Positions 28,870 through 38,273 of a stretch of 57,364 nucleotides of DNA are shown here, piece after piece; the stretch's first letter is position 1; every line of letters begins with the position of its first letter. The stretch is from Betaproteobacteria bacterium (lineage in GTDB: Bacteria > Pseudomonadota > Gammaproteobacteria > Burkholderiales > SG8-39). The position numbers and the translations under genes were made by a program. Below the pieces are notes generated by a model. The model had not been told where the DNA came from, ran no database searches, and saw nothing but the letters and a program-made list of their open reading frames with translations. The DNA lies in the NCBI GenBank assembly GCA_034668045.1, contig JAXDQC010000101.1, positions 1 through 57,364 on the forward strand, written 5' to 3'.

Positions 28870-29805
28870 TCACTTGAAATGATCGAATCCCGGCTTGAAG
28901 TTCATCGCCTTGCCGTCGGCGTCGAGCACGGTGAGACGCGCGTCGCCCGACTGGATGGCGCCGATGCGCGCGAGCGGCAGGCCGAGCTCGCGGCCGAGCG
29001 CCTCGAGGTCGGCGCGGCGCGCCGACGCGGCGGTGAAGAGCAGCTCGTAGTCGTCGCCGCCGGAAAGCACGCAGTCGCGCTCGAGCTCGGCGTTCTTCAG
29101 GTTCCTGAAAGCGGCGCTGCGCGGAATGCGCTCGTACTCGAGCACCGCGCCGACGCGCGAGCGCTCGAGGATGTGGCCGAGATCGCCCGCCAGGCCGTCG
29201 GAGACGTCGATCGCGGCGTTGGCCATGCCGCGCAGGCGCTCGCCCAGCTCGACGCGCGGCTCGGGCTCATGCAGCCGCTTCGCCGCCTCGGCGATCTCGG
29301 GATGCGCGAGGCCGAGCGCGGCGCCGCCGAGCTCGCCCGACACCCAGACATCGTCGCCGGGCCGCGCGCCGGCCCGGTAGAGCGCGACGCTCGCCGGCAC
29401 CTCGCCGATCGCGGTGATGGTGATCGTGCGCTGCGGCGAGCGGGTCGTGTCGCCGCCGACCAGATCGACGCCGTAGCGCGCGGCGAGGGCGAAAAGCCCG
29501 GCGGAAAACGCCGCCAGCCACGCCTCGTCGACGGTCGGCATGCCGATCGCGAGCAGCATCCACTTCGGTGCCGCGCCCATGGCCGCGAGGTCGGAAAGAT
29601 TCACCGCCAGCGACTTGTGGCCGAGCGCGCGCGGATCGGCGCCGGGCAGGAAGTGGCGGCCCTCGACCAGCATGTCGGTGGTCACCGCCAGCTCGAGGCC
29701 GACCTCCGGACGCAGCAGCGCGCAATCGTCGCCCACGCCGACCAGCGCGTTCTTGTGCTTCGGCACGCGCTCGAAGTAACGGCGGATGAGCTGAAATTCG
29801 TTCAG
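28870..29805 (-). CDS. thiL: thiamine-monophosphate kinase
   Basis: GDDCALL, TTDMLVEGRHF, AVNLSDLAAMGA, GGDTT. The conserved N-terminal [11 protein letters not shown] is encoded upstream of the first canonical start (GTG 29766). I therefore extend the gene to CTG at 29805, which overlaps the nusB stop (CTGA). The start is inferred. Confidence 0.8.
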   Translation of the reverse strand: MNEFQLIRRYFERVPKHKNALVGVGDDCALLRPEVGLELAVTTDMLVEGRHFLPGADPRALGHKSLAVNLSDLAAMGAAPKWMLLAIGMPTVDEAWLAAFSAGLFALAARYGVDLVGGDTTRSPQRTITITAIGEVPASVALYRAGARPGDDVWVSGELGGAALGLAHPEIAEAAKRLHEPEPRVELGERLRGMANAAIDVSDGLAGDLGHILERSRVGAVLEYERIPRSAAFRNLKNAELERDCVLSGGDDYELLFTAASARRADLEALGRELGLPLARIGAIQSGDARLTVLDADGKAMNFKPGFDHFK

Positions 29806-30227
29806 ACGATCTTGCTGCGCGACTTGGCGACTTCTTCGGGCCGCAGCGCGCTCGCGATCTTCTCCAGCACGCCGTTGACGAAGCGATAGCCGTCGGTGGC
29901 GCCGAAGCTCTTGCCGAGCTCGACCGCCTCGTTCAGCACCACCTTGAACGGCGTCTTCGGGTGCTCGGCGAGCTCGAAGGCGCCGATGTAGAGGATCGCG
30001 CGCTCGACCGGCGAGAGGCGCGCGAACGGACGGTCGAGGTGCGGCGTGATCATCTTCTCGAGCTCGGGCGCGCTGCCGTGCACGCCCTGGAGCAGCGACC
30101 TGACGAACTCGCTCTCCTCGTAGCCCTCGATCGCGCGCGCCTCGTCGAGCGGATCGGCGCCCGAAAGCTGCCAGGCGTAGAGCGCCTGCAGCGCGACTTC
30201 GCGGGCCTGGCGCCTATCGATCTTCAC
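29802..30227 (-). CDS. nusB: transcription antitermination factor NusB
   Basis: [15 protein letters not shown]...[12 protein letters not shown]...[16 protein letters not shown]. Confidence 0.95.
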   Translation of the reverse strand: MKIDRRQAREVALQALYAWQLSGADPLDEARAIEGYEESEFVRSLLQGVHGSAPELEKMITPHLDRPFARLSPVERAILYIGAFELAEHPKTPFKVVLNEAVELGKSFGATDGYRFVNGVLEKIASALRPEEVAKSRSKIV

Positions 30228-30627
30228 TCAGCGTCGCTTTCAATCTGGCCATCTCCACCGCCGCGCGCACTCCCTCGGCGCCTTTGTCCAGGCGTGCCTT
30301 GGCCTGCGCCTCGTCGTCGAGGGTGAGGATGGCATTGGCCACCGGCAGGCCGGACTCGAGCGCCACCTCGCTCACCCCGCGCGCCGATTCGTTGGCGACG
30401 ACCTGGAAATGATAGGTATCGCCGCGGATCACGGCGCCGATCGCAACCAGCGCATCGTAGCGGCCGCTCTGCGCCATCCATTGCAGCGCCACCGGAATCT
30501 CGAGCGCGCCGGGCACCTTCAGCACCGTCGCCTCGACGCCGAGCTTGCGCGCTTCGGCGCTCGCGCGCTCGAGCAGCACGCCGGTGATCTCCTCGTTGAA
30601 CCGGCTGGCGACGATGCCGACGCGCAT
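30214..30627 (-). CDS. ribH: 6,7-dimethyl-8-ribityllumazine synthase
   Basis: [13 protein letters not shown]...[10 protein letters not shown]...[18 protein letters not shown]. Shorter N-terminus than typical. Confidence 0.9.
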   Translation of the reverse strand: MRVGIVASRFNEEITGVLLERASAEARKLGVEATVLKVPGALEIPVALQWMAQSGRYDALVAIGAVIRGDTYHFQVVANESARGVSEVALESGLPVANAILTLDDEAQAKARLDKGAEGVRAAVEMARLKATLSEDR

Positions 30628-30634
30628 CGCCGGC

Positions 30635-31717
30635 TCAGCTTCCCGGCCGTTCGGTGTAGCCGGTGATCTCCAGGCCGAAGCCGGCCATGCTCGGCATCTT
30701 GCGCGGCGCCGCCATCAGGCGCATGCGGCCGACGCCGACGTCGCGCAGGATCTGCGCGCCGATGCCGTAGAGGCGCAGGTCCATGCCGCGGCCGGCCTTG
30801 GGCGCCGTCTCGTCCTGCCCGCAATTCATCAGCACCATCACGCCGCCGCCGCTTTCCTGGATTTTCTTCAAGGCTTCGCCGACGCCCCATGAGTGGCTGC
30901 TCTTTCCCGAGTCGAGCAGATCGAGAATCGCGAGGGGCTCGTGCACCCGCACCAGGGCCTCCCTCTTTTTCTCGATCTTGCCGAAGGTGAGAGCGAGGTG
31001 GAGGGCACCGACCGCCAGGTCCCGGTACGACACCATGTGAAACCTGCCCCAGGGAGTATCGATCTCCCGCTCAGCCGAGCGCTTGACCAGCGACTCGTTG
31101 CGGCCGCGGTACTCGATGAGATCGGCGATCGTGGCGATCTTCAGCCCGTGCTGCGCGGCGAACTCGAGCAGGTCGGGCAGCCGGGCCATGGTGCCGTCGT
31201 CCTTCATGATCTCGCACAGCACCGCCGCTGGCTCGAGCCCGGCGAGGCGCGCGAGATCGCAGCACGCCTCGGTGTGCCCGGCGCGCACCAGCACGCCGCC
31301 GGGCTGGGCAATGAGAGGAAAGACGTGGCCGGGCTGGACGATGTCGTCGGCGCTCGCGTTTTCGGCGCTGGCGACCTTGATGGTGAGCGCGCGATCGTGC
31401 GCTGAGATGCCGCTGGCGATGCCTTCGGCGGCCTCGATGGAGACGGTGAAGTTGGTGCCGTGGCGGGAGCGGTTCTGCTCGACCATGGGCTTCAGCCCCA
31501 GGCGCTCGGCGTGCGGCTCGGTGATCGCCATGCACACCAGGCCGCGGCCGTGCTTGGCGAGGAAATTGACCTTCTCGGCGGTGACGAAGCGCGCGGCGAA
31601 GACGAGGTCGCCCTCGTTCTCCCGGTCCTCGTCGTCGACCAGGATGACGATCTCGCCCGCCTTGATGGCGGCGACGGCCTCGGTGATGGGGCTGATGGCG
31701 GCGGGTTCGCGGCGCAT
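30635..31717 (-). CDS. ribBA: 3,4-dihydroxy-2-butanone-4-phosphate synthase fused to a GTP cyclohydrolase II-like domain
   Basis: DHBPS motifs [12 protein letters not shown] and RAGHTEA. In the C-terminal GCHII-like domain the zinc-Cys positions read [23 protein letters not shown], with no cysteines, so the cyclohydrolase is probably inactive. Confidence 0.9.
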   Translation of the reverse strand: MRREPAAISPITEAVAAIKAGEIVILVDDEDRENEGDLVFAARFVTAEKVNFLAKHGRGLVCMAITEPHAERLGLKPMVEQNRSRHGTNFTVSIEAAEGIASGISAHDRALTIKVASAENASADDIVQPGHVFPLIAQPGGVLVRAGHTEACCDLARLAGLEPAAVLCEIMKDDGTMARLPDLLEFAAQHGLKIATIADLIEYRGRNESLVKRSAEREIDTPWGRFHMVSYRDLAVGALHLALTFGKIEKKREALVRVHEPLAILDLLDSGKSSHSWGVGEALKKIQESGGGVMVLMNCGQDETAPKAGRGMDLRLYGIGAQILRDVGVGRMRLMAAPRKMPSMAGFGLEITGYTERPGS

Positions 31718-31726
31718 CAGGCCATT

Positions 31727-32119
31727 TTACTCGCCGCCGGTCTGCTCGCTGCTTTCGCCGGTTTTTTCCCCGGTTTTTTCCCGAATCCGCGCCGACTTGC
31801 CCGAGCGCTCGCGCAGGTAGTAGAGCTTGGCGCGGCGCACTTCGCCCTTGCGCTTCACCTCGATCGAGGCGATGAGCGGCGAATGGGTCTGGAAGGTCCG
31901 CTCGACGCCCTCGCCCGAGGAGATCTTGCGCACGATGAACGAGGAGTTGAGGCCCTTGTTCCTCTTGGCGATCACCATGCCCTCGAAGGCCTGCGAGCGC
32001 TTGCGCTCGCCCTCGACGACGTTGACGTTGACGATCACCGTGTCGCCCGGCGAGAAGTCGGGGATCTCCCGCTTCAGCCGCTTGATCTCTTCTTGCTCGA
32101 GAGTCTTGATCAGGTCCAT
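31727..32119 (-). CDS. rplS: 50S ribosomal protein L19 with acidic C-terminal tail
   Basis: [11 protein letters not shown]...FSPGDTV.V...EG.RKR.Q.FEG.VIA...GLNS.F.VRK. ATG at 32119 is preceded by AGAGGTGA. The tail reads [18 protein letters not shown]. Confidence 0.95.
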   Translation of the reverse strand: MDLIKTLEQEEIKRLKREIPDFSPGDTVIVNVNVVEGERKRSQAFEGMVIAKRNKGLNSSFIVRKISSGEGVERTFQTHSPLIASIEVKRKGEVRRAKLYYLRERSGKSARIREKTGEKTGESSEQTGGE

Positions 32120-32123
32120 CGCA

Positions 32124-32849
32124 TCACCTCTGTTGTTCACGCTGGAACTCGTCCAGCAGCTTCTTTTCCTGTTCGCTCAGCTTCCTCGCCGCCATCAGGT
32201 CCGGCCTTCTCAGCCAGGTCCTGCCCAGCGCCTGCTTCAGCCGCCAGCGCCGGATATTCTCGTGGTGCCCGGACATCAAGATCTCCGGCACCTTCACGTC
32301 CGCGTACGTCTCCGGGCGCGTGTACTGCGGGCAGTCGAGCAGCCCGTCGGCGAACGATTCCTCCACCGCCGAGGCCTCGTCGCCCAGCGCCCCGGGCAGC
32401 TGCCGCACCACGGCGTCGATCAACGCCATGGCGGCCAGCTCGCCGCCCGAGAGCACGAAGTCTCCGATGGAGATTTCTTCGTCCACCCGCCGGTCCAGCA
32501 ACCGCTCGTCGACGCCCTCGTACCTGCCGCACAGCAAGGTGAGGGATTTTTCTTTCGAAATCTCCATCACCTTGCGGTGATCCAGCTTCCTGCCCTGCGG
32601 CGACAGGTAGACCACTTTGCCACCTGCCGCGTCCAACGCCTTCTCGATCGGCTCGGCCAGCATCACCATCCCCGGCCCGCCGCCGTACGGTCGGTCGTCG
32701 ACCGTGCGGTAATTGTCCGTCGTGAAATCGCGCGGATTCCACGTCTTTAGCGACCACAGCCCCGCCTGCAGCGCCCGGCTCGTGATGCCGCTCGCGCTGA
32801 TTGCCGCGAACATTTCCGGGAACAGCGTCACCACGTCGAAGCGGATCAC
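32124..32849 (-). CDS. trmD: tRNA (guanine37-N1)-methyltransferase
   Basis: GTG at 32849 (GTGA overlap with the rimM stop) gives [14 protein letters not shown]...[13 protein letters not shown]...GRYEGVDER...[11 protein letters not shown]. Confidence 0.95.
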   Translation of the reverse strand: MIRFDVVTLFPEMFAAISASGITSRALQAGLWSLKTWNPRDFTTDNYRTVDDRPYGGGPGMVMLAEPIEKALDAAGGKVVYLSPQGRKLDHRKVMEISKEKSLTLLCGRYEGVDERLLDRRVDEEISIGDFVLSGGELAAMALIDAVVRQLPGALGDEASAVEESFADGLLDCPQYTRPETYADVKVPEILMSGHHENIRRWRLKQALGRTWLRRPDLMAARKLSEQEKKLLDEFQREQQR

Positions 32850-33337
32850 CAATCTGCTCCCCACTCGACTTCGATCCGCTTCTTCTGCAGATCGACGTTC
32901 TTTACCACCGTCGGGACCCACGGCAACAGCCGCTCTTTGTCGCCCGACAGCTCCATCACGTCCTGTGCGCCGTTCGTGAACAGCCTCTTCACGACCCCGA
33001 GCTTCTCGCCCCGCTCGTTCAGCACCTCGAGGCCGATCAGATCCGCGAGGTAGTAGTGCCCGGCTTCCAGCTCCGGCAGCACCGCGCGGCTCACTTCCAC
33101 CGCCCGGCCCCTCAGCTTCAGCGCCGCCTCGCGAACCCCGACGCCCGCCAGCCTGGCGAGCAGCGTGCCCGAGTGCTCCTTCGTCTCCTCTACCGCGTGC
33201 GGCTCGCCGCCAATCCACCACTCGCCGCACTCGGCGAGGCCGGCCTCGGGTCGCTCCACCTTGATCCAGCCGCGCACGCCGTACGACCCGGCGACGCGAC
33301 CCATCTCGACCAGGTCTTCAGGCGGCTTTCTTTGCAA
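32846..33337 (-). CDS. rimM: 16S rRNA processing protein RimM
   Basis: [16 protein letters not shown]...[11 protein letters not shown]...PWV. The start is either TTG 33337 or ATG 33304. Confidence 0.88.
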   Translation of the reverse strand: MQRKPPEDLVEMGRVAGSYGVRGWIKVERPEAGLAECGEWWIGGEPHAVEETKEHSGTLLARLAGVGVREAALKLRGRAVEVSRAVLPELEAGHYYLADLIGLEVLNERGEKLGVVKRLFTNGAQDVMELSGDKERLLPWVPTVVKNVDLQKKRIEVEWGADW

Positions 33338-33569
33338 ACTGCTTTACAAGGCGCTTCGCCGTCAGCGAGAGCTGCGCGCCCTTGCCGGTCCAGTGCTTGA
33401 CGCGCTCCATGTTGACGCGCAGGCCCTCGCGGCCTTCCGGCGCCTTCGGGTCGTAAAACCCGAGCCGCTCGAGGAATTTGCCGCTCGCCGCGCGGCGCGA
33501 ATCCGCCACGACCAGATGAAAGAACGGGCGCTTGTTGAACCCGCCGCGCTGCAGTCGAATCACAACCAT
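33318..33569 (-). CDS. rpsP: 30S ribosomal protein S16
   Basis: [25 protein letters not shown]...ERLGFYDP. Confidence 0.96.
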   Translation of the reverse strand: MVVIRLQRGGFNKRPFFHLVVADSRRAASGKFLERLGFYDPKAPEGREGLRVNMERVKHWTGKGAQLSLTAKRLVKQFAKKAA

Positions 33570-33655
33570 TGAAAAGCCCTTGGCCGACCGAAGAAAAGGC
33601 GCGGATTATACGGGAGAAATCGCCCTTTTTGGGGCAAAATGATTCCGGGGGTCGA

Positions 33656-34432
33656 ATGCTGCGGGCGGTGCGCGAAATCGAGGGGGGAATCCGGCTGTCG
33701 CTCAATGCCGCCGGCAGGCTGCCGGTGCTGCGCAAGCCGCCCATCCTCGAGTCCTTCCTCCGCCAGGTCTATTTCACCGGCGTCACCGCCTCGACCGGCG
33801 TGGTGCTGCGGGCCTCGCTGCTCGGCGTGCTGATCATCGCCATCACCATGGACGTGCTCGACGCCGACGTCGACCTGGCGGTGAAGATCCTGCTGCTGGT
33901 GGTGTTCCGCGAGGTCGGACCGCTTGCCGCGGCGGTGGTCGTCATCCTGCGCAGCGGCACCGCCATGTCGGCGGAGGTGGCGATGATGCGCATCTCGGGC
34001 CAGACGCGCGCGCTGCGCTACCTCAACATCAACCTCTACGACTACCTGGTCGTGCCGCGCGTCGCCGGCGTGATGGTGGCCACGACGGCGCTGACCTTCT
34101 ACATCCAGGCGCTCGCCGTCGCGGGCGGATTGCTGTTCTCGCCGTTCATCATCGAGGCGAGCTTCATGGAACTCGCCAGCCGGCTGTTCGATGTCTTCAC
34201 GCCGGTCGACTTCTACTACTCGATCATCAAGAGCCTGCTGTTCGGCTTCGCCATCTCGGCGTGCTGCTGCTACCACGGTCTCAACCCGCCCGACCTCACC
34301 CAGAACGCAGTGCCCAAGGTGGTGACGCGCGCGGTGACGCAGTGCGCGATGCTCATCCTGACGATCAACGCGGTCTTCGCCTACATCGTCTTCGGCATCC
34401 TCTTCTTCGGCCTGGTCAAGGCGACGGTATGA
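33656..34432 (+). CDS. MlaE-family ABC transporter permease
   Basis: 258 aa from ATG 33656. FREVGPLAAAVVVILRSGTAMSAEVAMMRIS....AL and a C-terminal polytopic region, as in MlaE/Ttg2B permeases. Confidence 0.85.
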   Translation: MLRAVREIEGGIRLSLNAAGRLPVLRKPPILESFLRQVYFTGVTASTGVVLRASLLGVLIIAITMDVLDADVDLAVKILLLVVFREVGPLAAAVVVILRSGTAMSAEVAMMRISGQTRALRYLNINLYDYLVVPRVAGVMVATTALTFYIQALAVAGGLLFSPFIIEASFMELASRLFDVFTPVDFYYSIIKSLLFGFAISACCCYHGLNPPDLTQNAVPKVVTRAVTQCAMLILTINAVFAYIVFGILFFGLVKATV

Positions 34433-35067
34433 GCGCCGTCCCCGCCCCGCGACCCCAGGCGCAGATGGCGCTGCGCTACACGCGCCGCAGTCATTCGCCC
34501 GGCGAGCAGCGCGAGGTCGCGATCGCCGTGCCGGCCGGCAGCGTGCGCCGGATCGAGCTGCCGGACGCGGAATCCAAATCGACCTTCGTCACCGCCGTGC
34601 TGAAGGCGCGCTGCGCGGCCGACGAGGACCTCGAGCTCTTCGGCCAGCCGGTGCGCAACCTCGGCAGCGACGCGCGCCAGAAGCTGCGCGCTCGCGTCGG
34701 CGCGCTCTCGCCGATCATCGGCCTGATCAACAATCTGAACGCCTGGGAAAACATCTCGCTGCCCGCCGCCTACCACGGCAAGCCCTCGCTCGCCGAGGTG
34801 GCCGCCATCACCCAGGAGGTGCTGGGCACCTTCGATATCGAGGTGCGCGGCTTTCTCGTGCGCGTGCCCGACGAGCTCGGCAGGCTCGAGCGCAAGATCG
34901 CCGCCTTCGCGCGGCTGATGATCGCCGGGCCCGAGCTCGCCATCATCGAATCGCTGAACGACGGCCTGAGTCGCGCCGAACGCGCGCGCGTCGCCGGCTT
35001 CGAGCAGGAATACCGCCGGCGCCATCCCGCCGGCACGCTGCTATTCGTCGATATCCGGGAGGAGTGA
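34429..35067 (+). CDS. ABC nucleotide-binding-domain-like protein with degenerate catalytic motifs (pseudo-MlaF)
   Basis: 212 aa, ATGA overlap with the permease gene. Collinear with MlaF-type NBDs, but the Walker A position reads LPDAESKST, the signature position LGRLE and the Walker B position LAIIES. No Q-loop Gln or H-loop His is recognisable. Confidence 0.7.
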   Translation: MSAVPAPRPQAQMALRYTRRSHSPGEQREVAIAVPAGSVRRIELPDAESKSTFVTAVLKARCAADEDLELFGQPVRNLGSDARQKLRARVGALSPIIGLINNLNAWENISLPAAYHGKPSLAEVAAITQEVLGTFDIEVRGFLVRVPDELGRLERKIAAFARLMIAGPELAIIESLNDGLSRAERARVAGFEQEYRRRHPAGTLLFVDIREE

Positions 35068-36038
35068 TGAACGCGAACCCCCCTTTCGTCCCGCCGGTGC
35101 GCTTCTCGCGCCTGCTGCTCAAGGTGAACGCCTTCCTGCTGATCGCGCTGCTGCTGGTCGCCGCCTTCCTCGGCCTGGTCGCCTACAAGCAGGGCTGGTT
35201 CGTGCACCAGACGCAGATCCATTTCATCACCGCCAATGCGCTCGGCCTCAACAAGGGCATGCCGGTCAAGCTCTACGGCTTCACCGTCGGCTCGGTGGCC
35301 GGCATGGAGCTGTCCGACGAAGGCGTCGACGTGCGCCTGTCGATCATGAGCGAGTACATGCCGCGCATCCCGAAGGGCTCGCTCGCCAAGCACTCGCGCG
35401 AGGCGAGCGTGGTCGGCGCCGCAGTGATCGACATCGTCCCCGGCAAGCCCGGCCCGGCGCTGGCCGAAGGCGAGCGGATCGATTTCCAGCCCAGCCGCAG
35501 CATCGCCGAGTACATCGACGACATCCGCCGCCAGGCGGTGCCGGCGTTCAACGAGCTGAAGCAGGTGCTCAGCGACTTCAAGGGTTCCGGCAACGACATC
35601 TCGGTCTCGCTCTCCACCCTGCGCAAGGAGATGGAAGCGTTGCCGCAGACGCACAAGGACCTGCGCAAGCTCCTCGTCACCACCGAGCGCGCCGTGGGCG
35701 AATTCGGCCAGCAGGCCGGCTCCACCCTGCAGAGCACCGAGCGTGCAGTGGCGACCATCGAGCAGGCGGTGCCCGATCTCACGACCAAGCTCTCCACCGC
35801 GATCGAGTCGATCGACGGCGCGGCGCAGCAGCTGCGCCAGACCGGCGAGGAAGCGCAGAGCACGATCCAGCGGGCGCGGCCGGTCCTCGAGCGCGGCGAC
35901 GCCGTGGCGCGCGACGCGGGCGAGGTGTTCAACGCCGCCAAGCGCGTCTGGCCCCTCAGCGATTCGTTCAGCGAAACCGCCGAGCGCGAGCTGCCGATCG
36001 ACAGCTTCGACGCGCGCAGCAAGTCGCCCAAGCATTGA
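35064..36038 (+). CDS. MCE/MlaD-family protein with long helical C-terminal region
   Basis: N-terminal TM segment (LLIALLLVAAFLGLVAY), MCE domain (GLNKGMPVKLYGFTVGSVAGMEL...VRLSI), then about 170 aa of helical low-complexity sequence. Confidence 0.85.
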   Translation: MMNANPPFVPPVRFSRLLLKVNAFLLIALLLVAAFLGLVAYKQGWFVHQTQIHFITANALGLNKGMPVKLYGFTVGSVAGMELSDEGVDVRLSIMSEYMPRIPKGSLAKHSREASVVGAAVIDIVPGKPGPALAEGERIDFQPSRSIAEYIDDIRRQAVPAFNELKQVLSDFKGSGNDISVSLSTLRKEMEALPQTHKDLRKLLVTTERAVGEFGQQAGSTLQSTERAVATIEQAVPDLTTKLSTAIESIDGAAQQLRQTGEEAQSTIQRARPVLERGDAVARDAGEVFNAAKRVWPLSDSFSETAERELPIDSFDARSKSPKH

Positions 36039-36898
36039 GAGCGCTGCCGCTCCTCGCGCTGCTCGTGCTCGCCCTGGGCATTACTGCGGGTTGCGGCGGC
36101 ACGAAGCCGCCGTCCACGCCGAGCCAGACGTCGTCGCAGTCGCAGACCCGTCTCGCCGACTTCGAGCAGCGCGCCGCCATGCTGATGCGCTCGGGCGACC
36201 TCGAAGGCGCCGCGCGCCAGTACGGCGAGGCGGCGCGCATCGCCGCGACGGTCGAGAACGCCGACGCGGTCGCCTCGAACTCGATCAACCAGTCGATCGT
36301 CTACCAGTGGATCGGTCGCGACGCCGATGCGCGCGACGCACTGTCCCGCGTGCTCGACGATCCCCGGCGGCCGTTCTCGGAGCGCCGGCGCATGCAGGCC
36401 GAGCTGCGGCGCGCGATCGTCGAGCTGGCGCTGCAGAACCCCGTCGCCGCGACGACCTACGCCGAGCGCGCGGCGCAGCGCTGCCCGAATCTTTCCTGCG
36501 AGTACGGCGCGACCATCCTCAACGTCCAGGCGCAGATCGCGATCGAAAGCGCGCGTCCCGCGGAGGCCGAACCGCTCGCCAGCCGCGCCGCCGAGCGCGC
36601 CCGCTCGCGCAACGACCGCACCGAGACCGCCAACGCCCTTCGATTGCTCGGCAAGGCGCGCCGCGCCCAGGACAACGCCAAGGGCGCCCTCCAGCCGCTG
36701 GAACAGGCCCTCGCCATCGACCGCGACCTCGCCGACCCGCGCAAAATCCTCGCCGACCTTACCGAGCTTTCATTGGCGAGCTCCGCCGCGGGCAACCGCG
36801 ATGCCGCGCGCGACTATTACGAGCGCGCGCTCACCGTCAGCCGGGCACTGCAGGACACGCGGGGACTAGCGGAGATGGAAGCGCAGCTTCGGAAGTAG
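36035..36898 (+). CDS. TPR-like repeat lipoprotein
   Basis: TTG start in a TTGA overlap. Signal plus lipobox LALGITAGC. Repeated A/L-rich helical pairs (GDLEGAARQYGEAARIA..., ALRLLGKARRAQDNAKGALQPLEQALAI, AARDYYERALTV). Confidence 0.7.
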   Translation: MRALPLLALLVLALGITAGCGGTKPPSTPSQTSSQSQTRLADFEQRAAMLMRSGDLEGAARQYGEAARIAATVENADAVASNSINQSIVYQWIGRDADARDALSRVLDDPRRPFSERRRMQAELRRAIVELALQNPVAATTYAERAAQRCPNLSCEYGATILNVQAQIAIESARPAEAEPLASRAAERARSRNDRTETANALRLLGKARRAQDNAKGALQPLEQALAIDRDLADPRKILADLTELSLASSAAGNRDAARDYYERALTVSRALQDTRGLAEMEAQLRK

Positions 36899-36901
36899 CC
36901 G

Positions 36902-38251
36902 CTAGCGCATACCGGGCAGCATGCCCTTCATGCCGCGCATCATGCGCTGAAGGTTGCCGCCCTTCATCATCTTCATCATCTTCTGCATCTGCTCGAACTG
37001 GTTGAGCAGCTGGTTGACGGCCTGAACCGGCACGCCGGCGCCGGTGGCGATGCGGCGCTTGCGGGAGGCCTTGATGAGCTCGGGCTTGCGCCGCTCCTGC
37101 GGGGTCATCGAGTTGATGATGCCGACGATGCGCTTGAACTGCTTGTCGTCCTGAAGCTGCGCCGGGTTGATCTTGCCGGCGAGCTGCGCGGGCAGCTTGT
37201 CCATCATCGAGGCGATGCCGCCCATCTTGTTCATCTGCGCGATCTGCTGCTTGAAGTCCTCGAGGTCGAAGCCCTTGCCTTTCTTGACCTTGTCGGCGAC
37301 CCGCTTCGCTTCTTCGAGATCGATCTTGGCGTGCGCCTCCTCGACCAGCGAAAGGATGTCGCCCATGCCGAGGACGCGCGCCGCCATGCGCTCGGGGTGG
37401 AAGGGCTCGAGGCCGGTGAGCTTCTCGCCGACGCCGGCGAACTTGATCGGCTTGCCGGTGACGTGGCGCACCGAGAGCGCGGCGCCGCCGCGCGCATCGC
37501 CGTCGAGCTTGGTGAGGACGATGCCGGTGAGCGGGAGGCGCTCGCCGAACGCCTTGGCGACGTTGACCGCGTCCTGCCCCTGCATCGCGTCGACGACGAA
37601 CAGCGTCTCGACCGGCTTGAGGAAGGCGTGCAGCTCGGCGATCTCGCGCATCATGTCCTCGTCGATCGCCAGGCGGCCGGCGGTGTCGACGATCAGGACA
37701 TCGAGATAGTGCGTGCGCGCATAGTCGAGGGCGCGCTTCGCGATCTCGACCGGTTTTTCATTGGTCTCGGAAGAAATGAAATCCGCGCCGACCTGGCCGG
37801 CGACCGTCTTCAGCTGCTGAATCGCCGCCGGGCGATAGACGTCGGCCGACACCACGCCGACCTTCTTCTTGTCGTTTTTCAGGAACAGGGCGAGCTTGCC
37901 GGTGGTCGTGGTCTTGCCCGAGCCCTGCAGGCCGGCCATGAGGATGACCGCCGGGGGCTGCGCGGCGAGATCGAGGCCGGTGCTCTGCTCGCCCATCAGC
38001 GCGGCGAGCTCGCGATGCACGACGCCGACCAGGGCCTGCCCCGGCGTCAGGCTGCCGACCACCTCCTCGCCCAGCGCCTTCGCGCGCACGCCGTCGATGA
38101 AATGCTTGACGACCGGCAGCGCGACGTCGGCTTCCAGCAGCGCGACGCGCACTTCGCGCAGCGCATCCTGGATGTTCGCTTCGGTGAGGCGCGCCTCGCC
38201 GCGGATCGTCTTGACGATCTTCGCGAGGCGCGTCGTGAGAGTGTCGAGCAT
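36902..38251 (-). CDS. ffh: signal recognition particle protein Ffh
   Basis: GLQGSGKTTTTGKLA, DTAGRL, TKLDGDARGGAALS, and a methionine-rich M domain ending MMKMMKGG...PGMR. Confidence 0.97.
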   Translation of the reverse strand: MLDTLTTRLAKIVKTIRGEARLTEANIQDALREVRVALLEADVALPVVKHFIDGVRAKALGEEVVGSLTPGQALVGVVHRELAALMGEQSTGLDLAAQPPAVILMAGLQGSGKTTTTGKLALFLKNDKKKVGVVSADVYRPAAIQQLKTVAGQVGADFISSETNEKPVEIAKRALDYARTHYLDVLIVDTAGRLAIDEDMMREIAELHAFLKPVETLFVVDAMQGQDAVNVAKAFGERLPLTGIVLTKLDGDARGGAALSVRHVTGKPIKFAGVGEKLTGLEPFHPERMAARVLGMGDILSLVEEAHAKIDLEEAKRVADKVKKGKGFDLEDFKQQIAQMNKMGGIASMMDKLPAQLAGKINPAQLQDDKQFKRIVGIINSMTPQERRKPELIKASRKRRIATGAGVPVQAVNQLLNQFEQMQKMMKMMKGGNLQRMMRGMKGMLPGMR

Positions 38252-38273
38252 GAGGGGGTGCTAAACTGAAAGC

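Noticed and set aside
30635-31200. GTP cyclohydrolase II-like domain of RibBA lacking all zinc-binding cysteines, considered as a novelty.
   Set aside because: As I recall, RibB fusions with a non-catalytic GCHII-like C-terminal domain are already known in proteobacteria. It is noted in the feature evidence and not treated as a new finding.
31718-31726. Expectation of an FMN riboswitch upstream of ribBA.
   Set aside because: Only 9 nt separate the rplS stop from the ribBA start, so there is no room for an RFN element. I recognised no other riboswitch-like leaders for thiL or the PduO-type gene either.
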